A DNA stretch of 64,000 bases from Ignavibacteriota bacterium (GCA_963736195.1 CAVTNP010000001.1:690133-754132), one strand, 5' to 3'; numbered from the stretch's first letter, positions 45,634 through 54,787 are shown. Made by a program: numbers and translations. Notes: generated from the sequence alone by a model not told the origin.

Positions 45634-47978
45634 AGAACAAACCGCTTCAACCATCCGAGAAATTAGCGAAGCACTTCGCGGCATACCGCGAGGAAGCGCC
45701 GCTGATCTCTGCTCCCGAAGTCGAGAATCTCCTTGCCGGTAGTGCCACTGCTGACCACCCACGCAACGCATTTTCTTTCAGGAGAATTTTTATGACACTC
45801 AGCGGACTCGCCGGACTTGCGGCTATCAGCTACTTCGCATTCTTTAGTTCATCAAATGGGACCAATGGGACTACTACTATCAATGGGTCCCAAATGACCC
45901 ATCCGTCCCATAACACCCCGAATACTACGAAACTTTCGCAGCTTGCAACGCCAGCAAGCACGACCACGAAGCCCACCCCACAACTTCACATAAACGACAA
46001 CCCCCACGGCCCATGGAGCGCCGGCAACGACCAGTTCTACGCCGATCTCTCGCAGAAAGAATTAGCAAAGCTGGGAATTGTGGTTCATGGTGACTCCATA
46101 TTGACCTATAAACTCAATGATAAGGATAGTGTCGTATGGACGCAATTTTCTGAATATTCGGTTCCGGGTATAAAGTACAAAGGTCATTCCATTGGCGGTG
46201 GGGGGAAGTTGGCCTCTGCGCCGCAGGGCGTGGAAGCTCACCGCTTTTATCCGATTCTCATGACCTACTCGAACGGCAATGGCGCAGCCTATCGCATCGA
46301 GGAAGGTGACCAAAGTGAGTGTGGAATGATCGGGCCGGAAGATCTGAATAAAGCATTCCGTGCATGGCTCGAAACTCCTGGAACTCCCGGGCTGCGGACA
46401 CTGGGATTTACCTCCTCATCCACAATGTCGTCGCCGTGCAAAAACTGTCCTCCCATCGAAAGCGACACTATTAAGATCACGGTCGGAAAAGATCTGGCGC
46501 CTTCTCCATTCCCATTAATTGCACCAAAAATCGATAGTCTCTCCGGCGATCTTCAGGGTGCATTATTGCAGCTCGCTCATTATTATGAAGGCAGCATAGC
46601 TATACAACCTTCGGTTACGTGGCCCAAAAATCTAACTATAAAAGTGGATACGTTTACCGCTCGGAACTTGCTCGATCAAATGGACGCCGAGGAGAATGGT
46701 GGAGTAGAACAGCATTTGCGTTCGATCATGGCTCGCTTGAACGAACTCATTCCCGTCATTGTGCGGCCGCACGGCGGTTCCGGCGCACCCGATTCGAACG
46801 ACTACATCTTCTGGTATGAACCAAGCGATGAGCTGTTCGATGCGTTGCCCTCGGCGCAAGCATCAATCATTCGAGCAAAGTTGAATACGCCACCGCATTG
46901 CCTATCCATGCCGAACGATGTGCTGAAGTCAGCGGAGATAACCTATTGTGTTGCCGAAACCCAAGAGGTACAAGTGAGGGTGCAAGATTTAACGGGCAAA
47001 CAACTTATTGGTATGTCGCAACTTGCATCTACTGGAGATAATATCCTGCAATTCACAACAGAGACACTTCCATCGGGCATGTACATCGTCACCGTGCAAG
47101 ATCATGACGGCACGGAACGCTCGCAAAGGCTGTGGGTCGAGAACGCACATCCGAAATCCTATAAAGACGCGATTTGGGATAAGAATGCACCGCACGCACC
47201 CAACCAAATGTGGTTTGTGAATACCGACGATCCAACTCCTGTGAATGATCTGCCCGTGGAGCATTCGACTTCACTTCTCATTCCGAGTTTGTCGTTGGAT
47301 TCGGCGGCTCTTTCCGGGATCGGAGTACAAAGCAATAGTGTACTATCCGCGTATTACACTCAAGGCTCTCAACCAAATGCAGTTAACTACATGGGTATTG
47401 TGAGAAGTTGGGGAGCAGTTATTCAGACCCTTGCAAAGAGTTCGGTGACTGGTGTCACTGTCCCTATATTCGAACCGTCATTAGTGACAGATGGAATCGG
47501 TCGTAAGCGAGTATTCGCGGGTGATTCCAATTATAGCGAACTTGTTCCAATTCTTCTTCGCGCTGGAACTCCAAGTGATACCATCGGAGCTACGGATCTT
47601 ATTTTCTGGTACAAGCCAACGCCAGAATTTCTTGCAGATCTATCGGATTCTGCCCGAGCCATAGCACAGAGTCTCGCCAGTGTCAATGGTGGAACTAACA
47701 CAACCAAGGTACATGGTTCGATCCAGCAGGCCGCGGTATTCCCAAATCCATCGAAAGGGAACTTGTCCGTGCAGCTAACGCTGGGCGGTGCGCGCACCCT
47801 TACGTTCACGCTTCGGAATTTATTAGGCCAGCAAGCGGCGCCATCGGTTCAAGCGCGGATGGATGGCACGGGCGAGCAGTCGCTTGATTTCAGCACGGTT
47901 CCGGAAGGCGTGTATCTCCTCGATATTTCCTCCGATCAGGGCGAGCGGTATATCGAGCGGGTGGTGATTGCACATTAA
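45630..47978 (+). CDS. Anti-sigma-like single-pass membrane protein with large extracytoplasmic domain and T9SS C-terminal sorting domain
   Basis: Its start overlaps the sigma stop (ATGA). There is a cytoplasmic segment of about 50 aa, then a TM helix IFMTLSGLAGLAAISYFAFF, then about 700 aa ending in a Por-type tail ...VFPNPSKGNLSVQLTL...GVYLLDISSDQGERYIERVVIAH. It is paralogous to 62712->64000. Confidence 0.6.
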   Translation: MKNKPLQPSEKLAKHFAAYREEAPLISAPEVENLLAGSATADHPRNAFSFRRIFMTLSGLAGLAAISYFAFFSSSNGTNGTTTINGSQMTHPSHNTPNTTKLSQLATPASTTTKPTPQLHINDNPHGPWSAGNDQFYADLSQKELAKLGIVVHGDSILTYKLNDKDSVVWTQFSEYSVPGIKYKGHSIGGGGKLASAPQGVEAHRFYPILMTYSNGNGAAYRIEEGDQSECGMIGPEDLNKAFRAWLETPGTPGLRTLGFTSSSTMSSPCKNCPPIESDTIKITVGKDLAPSPFPLIAPKIDSLSGDLQGALLQLAHYYEGSIAIQPSVTWPKNLTIKVDTFTARNLLDQMDAEENGGVEQHLRSIMARLNELIPVIVRPHGGSGAPDSNDYIFWYEPSDELFDALPSAQASIIRAKLNTPPHCLSMPNDVLKSAEITYCVAETQEVQVRVQDLTGKQLIGMSQLASTGDNILQFTTETLPSGMYIVTVQDHDGTERSQRLWVENAHPKSYKDAIWDKNAPHAPNQMWFVNTDDPTPVNDLPVEHSTSLLIPSLSLDSAALSGIGVQSNSVLSAYYTQGSQPNAVNYMGIVRSWGAVIQTLAKSSVTGVTVPIFEPSLVTDGIGRKRVFAGDSNYSELVPILLRAGTPSDTIGATDLIFWYKPTPEFLADLSDSARAIAQSLASVNGGTNTTKVHGSIQQAAVFPNPSKGNLSVQLTLGGARTLTFTLRNLLGQQAAPSVQARMDGTGEQSLDFSTVPEGVYLLDISSDQGERYIERVVIAH

Positions 47979-48144
47979 GACGTGCCAATCATGTAGGGGT
48001 TAATGGCATTAATCCATGTTGTGATGTCAATCATTGGTTGATATCGATCATTCGTTTCCAATGATGGGCCAATGCCATTGGCCACTACAATTCGATTGGC
48101 TTTGGTTAATGGTATTGAGGCATTAGAGCCACAAGGGCCATAAA

Positions 48145-48183
48145 CCGAAAAAGCACCCGCCGATCCGACGGGTGCTTTTACTA
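48145..48183. terminator. Bidirectional rho-independent terminator (AAAAAGCACCCGccgatccgaCGGGTGCTTTTT)
   Basis: An A-tract, 8-bp GC stem and T-tract between convergent genes. Confidence 0.65.
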
Positions 48184-48201
48184 TCTTGAAAATAGGGATA
48201 T

Positions 48202-48561
48202 TTATCGAGCCATCGGCGCGCGGCCACCATAGGCTGCGCGGCCGCCGCGACCTGGCGCTGCCCAATGTCCGGCAACGAAGCCGTAACGTCCGCCTCTGTG
48301 TGGGTAACGTGGTGCTACCCAAACAAATCCGGGGTGTGGTGGGCGGTCCCAACGGCCTGGCACCCATACATAAGCCTGCGTGGCATAGTCCCAGCGATGG
48401 AATCCGGGTATCCATACGGCTTCTGGATATGGCGCAGCTACAACCACCTCGTGCCGAGGCGGCGGCGGGCCGATACGAATGTCGAAACTGACTTGTGCGA
48501 ACGACGGTACCGCAAGCGCCAAGAGGCAACTGATACCGATCGCTTTTATGAGATTATTCAT
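48202..48561 (-). CDS. Small secreted protein with W-x-P-G-x-W type tryptophan/proline/glycine repeats
   Basis: Signal peptide MNNLIKAIGISCLLALAVPSFAQ. Repeats WIPGFHRWDY / WVPGRWDRPP / WVAPRYPHRGG / VAGHWAAPGRGG. The track start at 48636 is probably too early. Confidence 0.55.
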   Translation of the reverse strand: MNNLIKAIGISCLLALAVPSFAQVSFDIRIGPPPPRHEVVVAAPYPEAVWIPGFHRWDYATQAYVWVPGRWDRPPHPGFVWVAPRYPHRGGRYGFVAGHWAAPGRGGRAAYGGRAPMAR

Positions 48562-48784
48562 GTGGTGTCTCCTTTTAATTTGTTGTTTAATCTTTAGACG
48601 CCTTTTCATACGCACTTCGTTTAATGCGTGATACACAGATTCGCAATTTTTATGATTAATTGTTCTTCAGAAAACGGTGGGTCTTGAGCAAAAAATGATT
48701 TTTCGCGGCCGCTAATTAAAGTTCATAGAATTTGGTTTACCTACATTCTATATTCCGTGGCCTGCATTGTCAGGCTAACGGGAG

Positions 48785-50911
48785 ATGACACGCTCTCCAA
48801 GTTGGGAGCACTTAGCACCTTTCAGACAATACATGCAGGACGAATTGCAATCAGAAGAACGGCCGAATTCGAACGAGGAACAACCGGCCACACCACATTC
48901 GACGCCAGCCGGCGAATCCGAGTCCACAACAGCAGAAGCTACCCCCGCGCGCCCGCCCGCGGCAACCGCAAGCAGTTATCGCGATATTATAGCCGAACGC
49001 CTGGCTCGTAAAGCCGGCGGTGGGGATGGCGCGGCCCACAGCCCAATGGCGCATTCTTCGGATGTCGAGCTTACTCAGAGAACAGCATCTACCCCCGAAA
49101 ATCAAGCTGAATCATCCACGGACGACCGCGCCGGTTCGAGCGATTCAGAAGTCAAAACGGCTCAACCTGAAATCTCGCTCAAGACGAGAACGGCGTCTGA
49201 AGTTCCCGCGGGAGGCTCGGCGACCGAAGTGCGCACGGATGCCGGCATTTCGAGCAGAGAGCGCGCAAGGATCCGCCAGCAGGAACGCGCTGCGCTTCGC
49301 AGACAAGGGGCGCGAGCCGCCGATGCTTTTTCAAATCGTGAGGAAGAAACAGCAGTGCTTGAAACGCCATCCGCTGATCAAGAGTCCGGCCAGTCTGTTG
49401 AAGAAGCCGCGTCAGCGCAAGAGCGAAAAGATATTATCGCGGAGCGCATGGCACGCCGAGGCGGCGATCGTGAGCAACGCCGCCCGGAACGAAGTCGTGA
49501 AGAGGGACGTGGCCGTGAGGACGGTCGCAATCGAGAAGAAGGACGCGGCAGAGAGGAATCTCGCCGAAGAGAAGAACCTCGCCGAGGTGGTTCGCGCCGC
49601 GAGGAAACGCCCCGTGAACTGCCTGCAAAGCCTCAAACAGAAGTTCCATCCGGTTTGACACTTCGTTCAGCACAATCTACTCCGCGGGTGATCGAAGAAC
49701 CACGTCGAGAAGCTGGCGCCCAGCGCTCACCATCCGACCGCACGTCATCCGACCGGCGTGCATCACGGCCCGAATCTGCGTCCCGTCCCGAAGCGGGAGC
49801 TCGTCCCGAAACCGGAGCCCGTCCCGGCAGCGATGCAGCCCATTCGCTCGCAGCAAAACTCGGAATTTCGGTTGTGGTGCCCCTCTTCAACGAACAAGAT
49901 TCGCTTAGGGAACTTACGGCTGCGCTCAAGCAGCAGTTGATGCGGCTTGCCGGCCCGAAGTACGAGATCCTTTACGTCAACGATGGCTCGACCGACCGTT
50001 CCGGCGAGATCCTGCAGGATATCCTTGCGACAAGTTCTCGTGTAACTGTTATTTCGTTCCGGCGCAATCTCGGTAAATCGGCGGCGCTTGCCGCAGGCTT
50101 TGCCGAAGCCCAATATGGCATCGTGATTACACTCGATGCCGATCTGCAGGACGATCCGCAAGAATTCGTCAATTTGATTGCCAAACTCGCCGAAGGGTAC
50201 GACCTCGTGAGCGGCTGGAAGAAACAGCGTCACGACCCCGTCTCGAAAACGGGCCCGAGCAAGTTCTTTAATTGGGTAACAGGAATGTTTAGCGGTATTA
50301 AGCTGCACGATTTCAACTGTGGGCTAAAGGCGTACCGGAAGGAAGTGACCGAAAGCCTGCAAGTCTATGGCGAAATGCACCGTTACCTTCCCGCGCTGGC
50401 CTATTGGCAGGGCTTCCGCGTAACGGAGATTCCGGTCACGCATCATCCGCGCAAGTTCGGTAAATCAAAATTTGGTTCCAGCCGATTCTTCAAAGGGTTC
50501 CTTGATCTGCTTAGCATCGTGTTCACGAACCGGTACGGCAAACGCCCGCTGCACCTCTTCGGTACCATCGGTACGCTGATGGCGATCGCCGGATTTATTA
50601 TTGACATCTACCTTACGGTTGAGTGGGCACTTGGGCTTACCTCGCTTTCGAATCGCCCGATACTGTTGCTTGGCTTGCTGCTGATCCTGGTGGGAGTACA
50701 GCTTATTTCGATCGGACTTTTAGGAGAGATGATCGTAAAGAACGCGGCATCGAAAGCTACGCTGAATTATCAGAAAGAAAAGGGTAAGCCGTCAGCAGAA
50801 GCGCGCGAACGCCGGGCTTCGCGTATGAGCGCCCGCTCCGGCGGGCCACGCCCTCCGCGCCCAGGTGGATCAAGACCGGAACGCCGCGGACCTTCTCGAC
50901 GCCCCGTTTAG
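48785..50911 (+). CDS. GT2-family polyprenyl-phosphate glycosyltransferase (GtrB/DPM1-like) with a ~340-aa highly charged low-complexity N-terminal extension
   Basis: The C-terminal half carries VVVPLFNEQDSL...YVNDGSTD...LDADLQDDPQE GT2 motifs plus two TM helices and an Arg-rich tail. The N-terminal half is E/R/S/A-rich with internal repeats (DIIAERLAR x2, REEGRGRE x2). The frame is open throughout. Confidence 0.7.
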   Translation: MTRSPSWEHLAPFRQYMQDELQSEERPNSNEEQPATPHSTPAGESESTTAEATPARPPAATASSYRDIIAERLARKAGGGDGAAHSPMAHSSDVELTQRTASTPENQAESSTDDRAGSSDSEVKTAQPEISLKTRTASEVPAGGSATEVRTDAGISSRERARIRQQERAALRRQGARAADAFSNREEETAVLETPSADQESGQSVEEAASAQERKDIIAERMARRGGDREQRRPERSREEGRGREDGRNREEGRGREESRRREEPRRGGSRREETPRELPAKPQTEVPSGLTLRSAQSTPRVIEEPRREAGAQRSPSDRTSSDRRASRPESASRPEAGARPETGARPGSDAAHSLAAKLGISVVVPLFNEQDSLRELTAALKQQLMRLAGPKYEILYVNDGSTDRSGEILQDILATSSRVTVISFRRNLGKSAALAAGFAEAQYGIVITLDADLQDDPQEFVNLIAKLAEGYDLVSGWKKQRHDPVSKTGPSKFFNWVTGMFSGIKLHDFNCGLKAYRKEVTESLQVYGEMHRYLPALAYWQGFRVTEIPVTHHPRKFGKSKFGSSRFFKGFLDLLSIVFTNRYGKRPLHLFGTIGTLMAIAGFIIDIYLTVEWALGLTSLSNRPILLLGLLLILVGVQLISIGLLGEMIVKNAASKATLNYQKEKGKPSAEARERRASRMSARSGGPRPPRPGGSRPERRGPSRRPV

Positions 50912-50943
50912 ATAATTCAGTAAGAGTTTAGAAGTAAGAGCAC

Positions 50944-52089
50944 TTGGAACTCTCACTTTATAAGGCCGATTGTCGTCAATTTCGCGGCGACATTCCCTGT
51001 GCACCGAGTAAGCGGGAGGGCGTGCATTGCGATGGCTGCCGTTATTACGACCAGGTTTCGGAGAACGTCCTAATTATCAAGCTTGGCGCCGCCGGTGATG
51101 TGCTGCGTACCACGCCACTACTGATTCCGCTGCGCAAGCAGCATCCACATGCGCGTATTTGGTGGCTTACGCATTCGCCCGAGCTGGTTCCCAAGTCGCA
51201 GGTCGATCGTATTCTTACCTGGAAATCCGAACACATCGAGATCCTTCATGCGCTGCATTTCTCGCGCGTACTCAATCTCGATAAAGATCATTATGCCTGT
51301 GCGCTCGCATCTTCGCTAAATGCAGATGCGAAAGATGGATTCATCCTCGGCACGTTCGGAGAAACGGAACCAGCGAGCGAACGAGCGAAGGCCAAATTCA
51401 TCACGGGAATTTTCGATGACGTCAGTCTTCAAAATCATAAAGACTACCCTACCGAACTCTTCGAACTCTGTGGCTATGAGTTCCATGGCGAGGAATATCT
51501 CATCGATCCGCCCCCAATGGAAGCATTCCCGCTACTCGACACCTTGCGGCCTATCGTTGGGCTGAACACGGGTGCGGGTCCACGGTGGACCTCACGCCTT
51601 TGGAATATCGAGAACTGGGTGCAGCTTGCCGAGCAGATACACGCTTCGGGAAAGAACGTCCTGCTGCTGGGAGGGCCGGATGAGGACGCGCGCAATCGTG
51701 AAATCCATCGCCGAACGAATGGCAAGGCGCAGTATATCGGCTTTTTTGCGTTACAGCAGTTCATTGCGCTCATGCAGCACTGCGAGCTTGTCGTAACCGG
51801 CGTTACGATGGGACTTCACATTGCGATCGCTTTGAAAAAGAAGATCGTGCTCATCAACAATATTTTCAATCCCTACGAATTTGGGAATTTGTATGGTTTG
51901 GGAGAGATCGTTCAGCCGGACGCGCAATGCAAATGCTTCTTCCGTGGCGAGTGCATCAATCCAGATTATTTCTGCCTCGATAGATTGAGCGTTGAGAAAG
52001 TATTTGCCACGCTCGAACGTGTGTGGGTTACACCGAATGGCAAACACCAGCAAGCGCCGCTCGTGATGCCGGGAATGATAACGGTGTGA
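50944..52089 (+). CDS. GT9-family glycosyltransferase (ADP-heptose:LPS heptosyltransferase-like)
   Basis: IKLGAAGDVLRTTPL and LLLGGPDE...VTGVTMGLHIA blocks typical of RfaF/WaaC-type heptosyltransferases. Confidence 0.8.
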   Translation: MELSLYKADCRQFRGDIPCAPSKREGVHCDGCRYYDQVSENVLIIKLGAAGDVLRTTPLLIPLRKQHPHARIWWLTHSPELVPKSQVDRILTWKSEHIEILHALHFSRVLNLDKDHYACALASSLNADAKDGFILGTFGETEPASERAKAKFITGIFDDVSLQNHKDYPTELFELCGYEFHGEEYLIDPPPMEAFPLLDTLRPIVGLNTGAGPRWTSRLWNIENWVQLAEQIHASGKNVLLLGGPDEDARNREIHRRTNGKAQYIGFFALQQFIALMQHCELVVTGVTMGLHIAIALKKKIVLINNIFNPYEFGNLYGLGEIVQPDAQCKCFFRGECINPDYFCLDRLSVEKVFATLERVWVTPNGKHQQAPLVMPGMITV

Positions 52090-52101
52090 ACGAACTACAT
52101 A

Positions 52102-52458
52102 TTATTCCGGAGTAGCGCTGCGTTCGACATTATGCCTAATCTGCGCACCCGGATGGGCATGCGTCTCTTTGTGTTTCTTCAACAGCTTTTCGATAACCTT
52201 CATCGAGATGTCAATGGCCTTGTGAGATTCCTCAGCGGATTCCTTTACCTTCAGCGTATCGCCGGGGACATGTATTATCGCTTCGAAGGTCTTTTTATGT
52301 CCATTCGAGCCTTCCTGATCGACGATGAATTCCGCGCTGATAATACTGGAGTGCTCGCCATTGGTAAATTTACTTGCGATGTGCTCGAATTCCGTGGTGA
52401 TGTATTTCTGAATGGCTTCGCGGGCGGCTTCGTGGCGAACTTGAATTCTGATATTCAT
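52102..52458 (-). CDS. hpf: Ribosome hibernation promoting factor (HPF/RaiA family)
   Basis: 118 aa. MNIRIQVRHEAAREAIQKYITTEFEHIASKF and a beta-alpha-beta-beta-beta-alpha pattern typical of HPF. Confidence 0.85.
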   Translation of the reverse strand: MNIRIQVRHEAAREAIQKYITTEFEHIASKFTNGEHSSIISAEFIVDQEGSNGHKKTFEAIIHVPGDTLKVKESAEESHKAIDISMKVIEKLLKKHKETHAHPGAQIRHNVERSATPE

Positions 52459-52640
52459 AATGGTTATTGTTTAAATTTCAAAGTAATGAACGCTTGCGTT
52501 CATTACGGGTTGAGCAGTTGACATGGCGGCAAAGTGCAGGAGAAAAGGCAGCCATTCCATAAGCTGTACCTAAATAATTATACTGCCAATCACTGTACAT
52601 GTAACATCGCTGAACCGAAATTAATACCCGATGGAAGCTC

Positions 52641-53693
52641 TTAGGAAGGCTCCGTTCCGGATCGTGGATGTGCCTGATCATAGACGGATTTCATGCGTTC
52701 GACGGTCAAATGCGTGTAGCGTTGGGTGGTCCGGAGGGATTCGTGGCCTAAAATCTCCTTCACAGCCCGCAGATCGGCACCGTGATCGAGCAAGTGGGTA
52801 GCCGTTGTGTGACGAAGCATGTGCGGATGAGCGTGCGGCATGTCCGGCTCATGCGCAAATGCCTTGGAGACAATATCATAGACCATGCGCGGGGTGAGGC
52901 GATTGCCGTTCTTGAGCAGAAAGAGTGCTTGGGTATCTCCCGAACCACCCCCCAACCCCCGCCTTGGAAAGGCGGGGGAGCTTAATGAAGAGTTCTTTCT
53001 TTCTTTCAGATATTCTTTGATCGCCTCGACCGCTTTTGCGCCGATGGGTACGATGCGCTGCTTCGATCCTTTGCCCAGCACGCGAACAGTGTTCGCTTTA
53101 AGATCGAGTTCGCTGAGATCGATCGAGCATAGTTCCGAGCGGCGAAGTCCGCTGGAATAGAGTAGTTCCAGCACTGCCCGATCGCGCGCTTCTTCCATGC
53201 TTCCCCTCTTCTTTAGGGAGGGGGTTGGGCCGGCACTATTCCCAGCCAGCACATTGGCCATGGCGCGTTCGCTTACGACATTCGGCAAATTCTTTTCTGC
53301 CTTGGGTGTTTTCAGCAAACGAGCAGCATTGAACTCAAAAATTCCCTGCTTCACTAAAAATTTGACGAAAGACCGCACCGCAGCAAGCTTACGCCCGATA
53401 GAGCTTGCCTTCAGAGTTTTTACATTGCCTACGGTCATTCTCACTTCTCCTCTCCCTTTGGGAGAGCCTGGGTGAGGGATCGTTTGTTCTGAAAGCGTGT
53501 GGACATAACGGCGAAGAGCATACAGGTCATCATGCGTGCCGGATAGTACCATCCGTTCGGACTTTAGGATGCGGTAGAGATCGACAAGGTCGCCTTCGTA
53601 GGCTTCGATCGTTTTAGGGCTGGCCTCGCGCTCGTGTTCGAGGTATTCCAGGAAACTGCGAAGCCATCGGGGAAAATCGGTGTAGAAATCCAT
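52641..53693 (-). CDS. xerD: Tyrosine site-specific recombinase XerD/XerC, carrying two short in-frame GC-hairpin insertions
   Basis: Catalytic blocks ARDRAVLELLYSSGLRRSEL, HMLRHTTATHLLDHGADLRAVKEILGHESLRTTQRYTH (R..HxxR..Y). At 350 aa it is about 50 aa longer than canonical XerD because of two inserts (GPTPSLKKRG and SLSSPAFPRRGLGGGSG). Confidence 0.85.
   Translation of the reverse strand: MDFYTDFPRWLRSFLEYLEHEREASPKTIEAYEGDLVDLYRILKSERMVLSGTHDDLYALRRYVHTLSEQTIPHPGSPKGRGEVRMTVGNVKTLKASSIGRKLAAVRSFVKFLVKQGIFEFNAARLLKTPKAEKNLPNVVSERAMANVLAGNSAGPTPSLKKRGSMEEARDRAVLELLYSSGLRRSELCSIDLSELDLKANTVRVLGKGSKQRIVPIGAKAVEAIKEYLKERKNSSLSSPAFPRRGLGGGSGDTQALFLLKNGNRLTPRMVYDIVSKAFAHEPDMPHAHPHMLRHTTATHLLDHGADLRAVKEILGHESLRTTQRYTHLTVERMKSVYDQAHPRSGTEPS
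52946..52978. repeat. GC hairpin element (CCCCCAACCCCCGCCttggaaaGGCGGGGGAG) inserted in-frame inside xerD
   Basis: An 8-bp perfect GC stem within the coding sequence. It encodes the extra peptide ...SSPAFPRRGLGGGSG... that is absent from canonical XerD. It shares the GGGGGTTGGGG tail with intergenic hairpins. Confidence 0.6.
53203..53233. repeat. GC hairpin element (CCCCTCttctttagGGAGGGGGTTGGGCCGG) inserted in-frame inside xerD
   Basis: Its stem and loop are almost identical to the intergenic hairpins at 30883 and 33489. It encodes the extra peptide ...GPTPSLKKRG... Confidence 0.6.
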
Positions 53694-53740
53694 AAAGATT
53701 TCCTATGAACTGCCCGCCATTCCGGGCAGACGACAAAATA

Positions 53741-54289
53741 TTAGTGTACTCGATCGGAACCGGTGAGCATCACGCGCCCTAACGGAGAATACGGCGCATC
53801 GAAGTGGAACAACATGCTCGAAACAAAATCCTTCACTTCTTCAAGCGATGCACTCGAAGCGCCGGAAAGCATAATGCGGTCGATCATAAATTCCACATCG
53901 GAATCAGTCAGAATGCCGAGTTCCAGCATTTGCAGCATGAAGCCGCGTGCCTCTTTGGAAATGACGGAACTTTCGATCTCGTGATACACTCGGAAACTCG
54001 CATTCTCTTTGAGGATACCGAGTACGCTCTGCTTTTTTCCGAATGGGACTGAAAGGATCAGCGGATCGTCGGAACCCTGAGCGAATTTATCGATCAACCA
54101 CGAGAACGCGGTGGAAATTTCGATCTCGCTGAAGCCGCGCACGGAAAGCGGTTTGAGGTCGATCTCGGCAAGCGGCTTGTTCTCCTTGATCTCAGAAAGA
54201 AGAAAGAAAACGATCTCCATGATGCGCTCCCGCCCAGAAGCTTCCGGAGCACCGGCCATGTTCTGTTCGAGTGAGTTATTCGCGTTCAT
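53741..54289 (-). CDS. smg: Smg-like protein (DUF494)
   Basis: 182 aa, acidic, with an N-terminal ..IMEIVFFLLSEI.. block resembling Smg. Weak. Confidence 0.45.
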   Translation of the reverse strand: MNANNSLEQNMAGAPEASGRERIMEIVFFLLSEIKENKPLAEIDLKPLSVRGFSEIEISTAFSWLIDKFAQGSDDPLILSVPFGKKQSVLGILKENASFRVYHEIESSVISKEARGFMLQMLELGILTDSDVEFMIDRIMLSGASSASLEEVKDFVSSMLFHFDAPYSPLGRVMLTGSDRVH

Positions 54290-54316
54290 TGTGCTAACTT
54301 CTTAATAAGGGCATCG

Positions 54317-54763
54317 CTACGAACGTCCCTGGATCGTAGCCAAATACCAACGCTCCCTGCTTCTCATTTGTTTCCTGCCGGAAGGGGTCTTATCCGTGTA
54401 ACCGGCGAGGTGTAAAACGGCATGAATAACAAGGTGTACGATCTCCCGATCCGGCCCACTCTTGAAACGTCGGGCATTTTCCAGCGCTCGCTCCACGCTG
54501 ATGTATATCTCCGATTCCAGCGATGTGCCAGTACGCTCAAGCTCGAACGTGATCACGTCGGTCAGGTAGTCATGCCCAAGCGACGATCGGTTAATTTCGA
54601 GCAATTCTTCATCCGACATGGCGATCACCGAAAGATCAATGCTCGTCGTGGGCAATTCCGTATTTGCAACGAGCTTTGCAGCTTGTTTCATCTTCGCACG
54701 CTGATCGCTCGATATGGCAAAAACTCTTCGAGCGCGCGGCGTTTGAGTGATACTAAATCTCAA
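54317..54763 (-). CDS. ybeY: Endoribonuclease YbeY (rRNA maturation factor)
   Basis: Conserved zinc-binding HxxxHxxxH-type block HLVIHAVLHLAGYTD near the C-terminus. Typical length. Confidence 0.8.
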   Translation of the reverse strand: MRFSITQTPRARRVFAISSDQRAKMKQAAKLVANTELPTTSIDLSVIAMSDEELLEINRSSLGHDYLTDVITFELERTGTSLESEIYISVERALENARRFKSGPDREIVHLVIHAVLHLAGYTDKTPSGRKQMRSRERWYLATIQGRS

Positions 54764-54787
54764 GGGAGAATAGTTATTCTATCCATG

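Noticed and set aside
47975-48529. 184-aa minus-strand ORF spanning the terminator and the W-repeat protein gene
   Set aside because: It overlaps the better-supported 48202-48561 gene (signal peptide, repeats) in another frame and runs through a strong bidirectional terminator. At most a short C-terminal peptide could be real, and there is no support for that.
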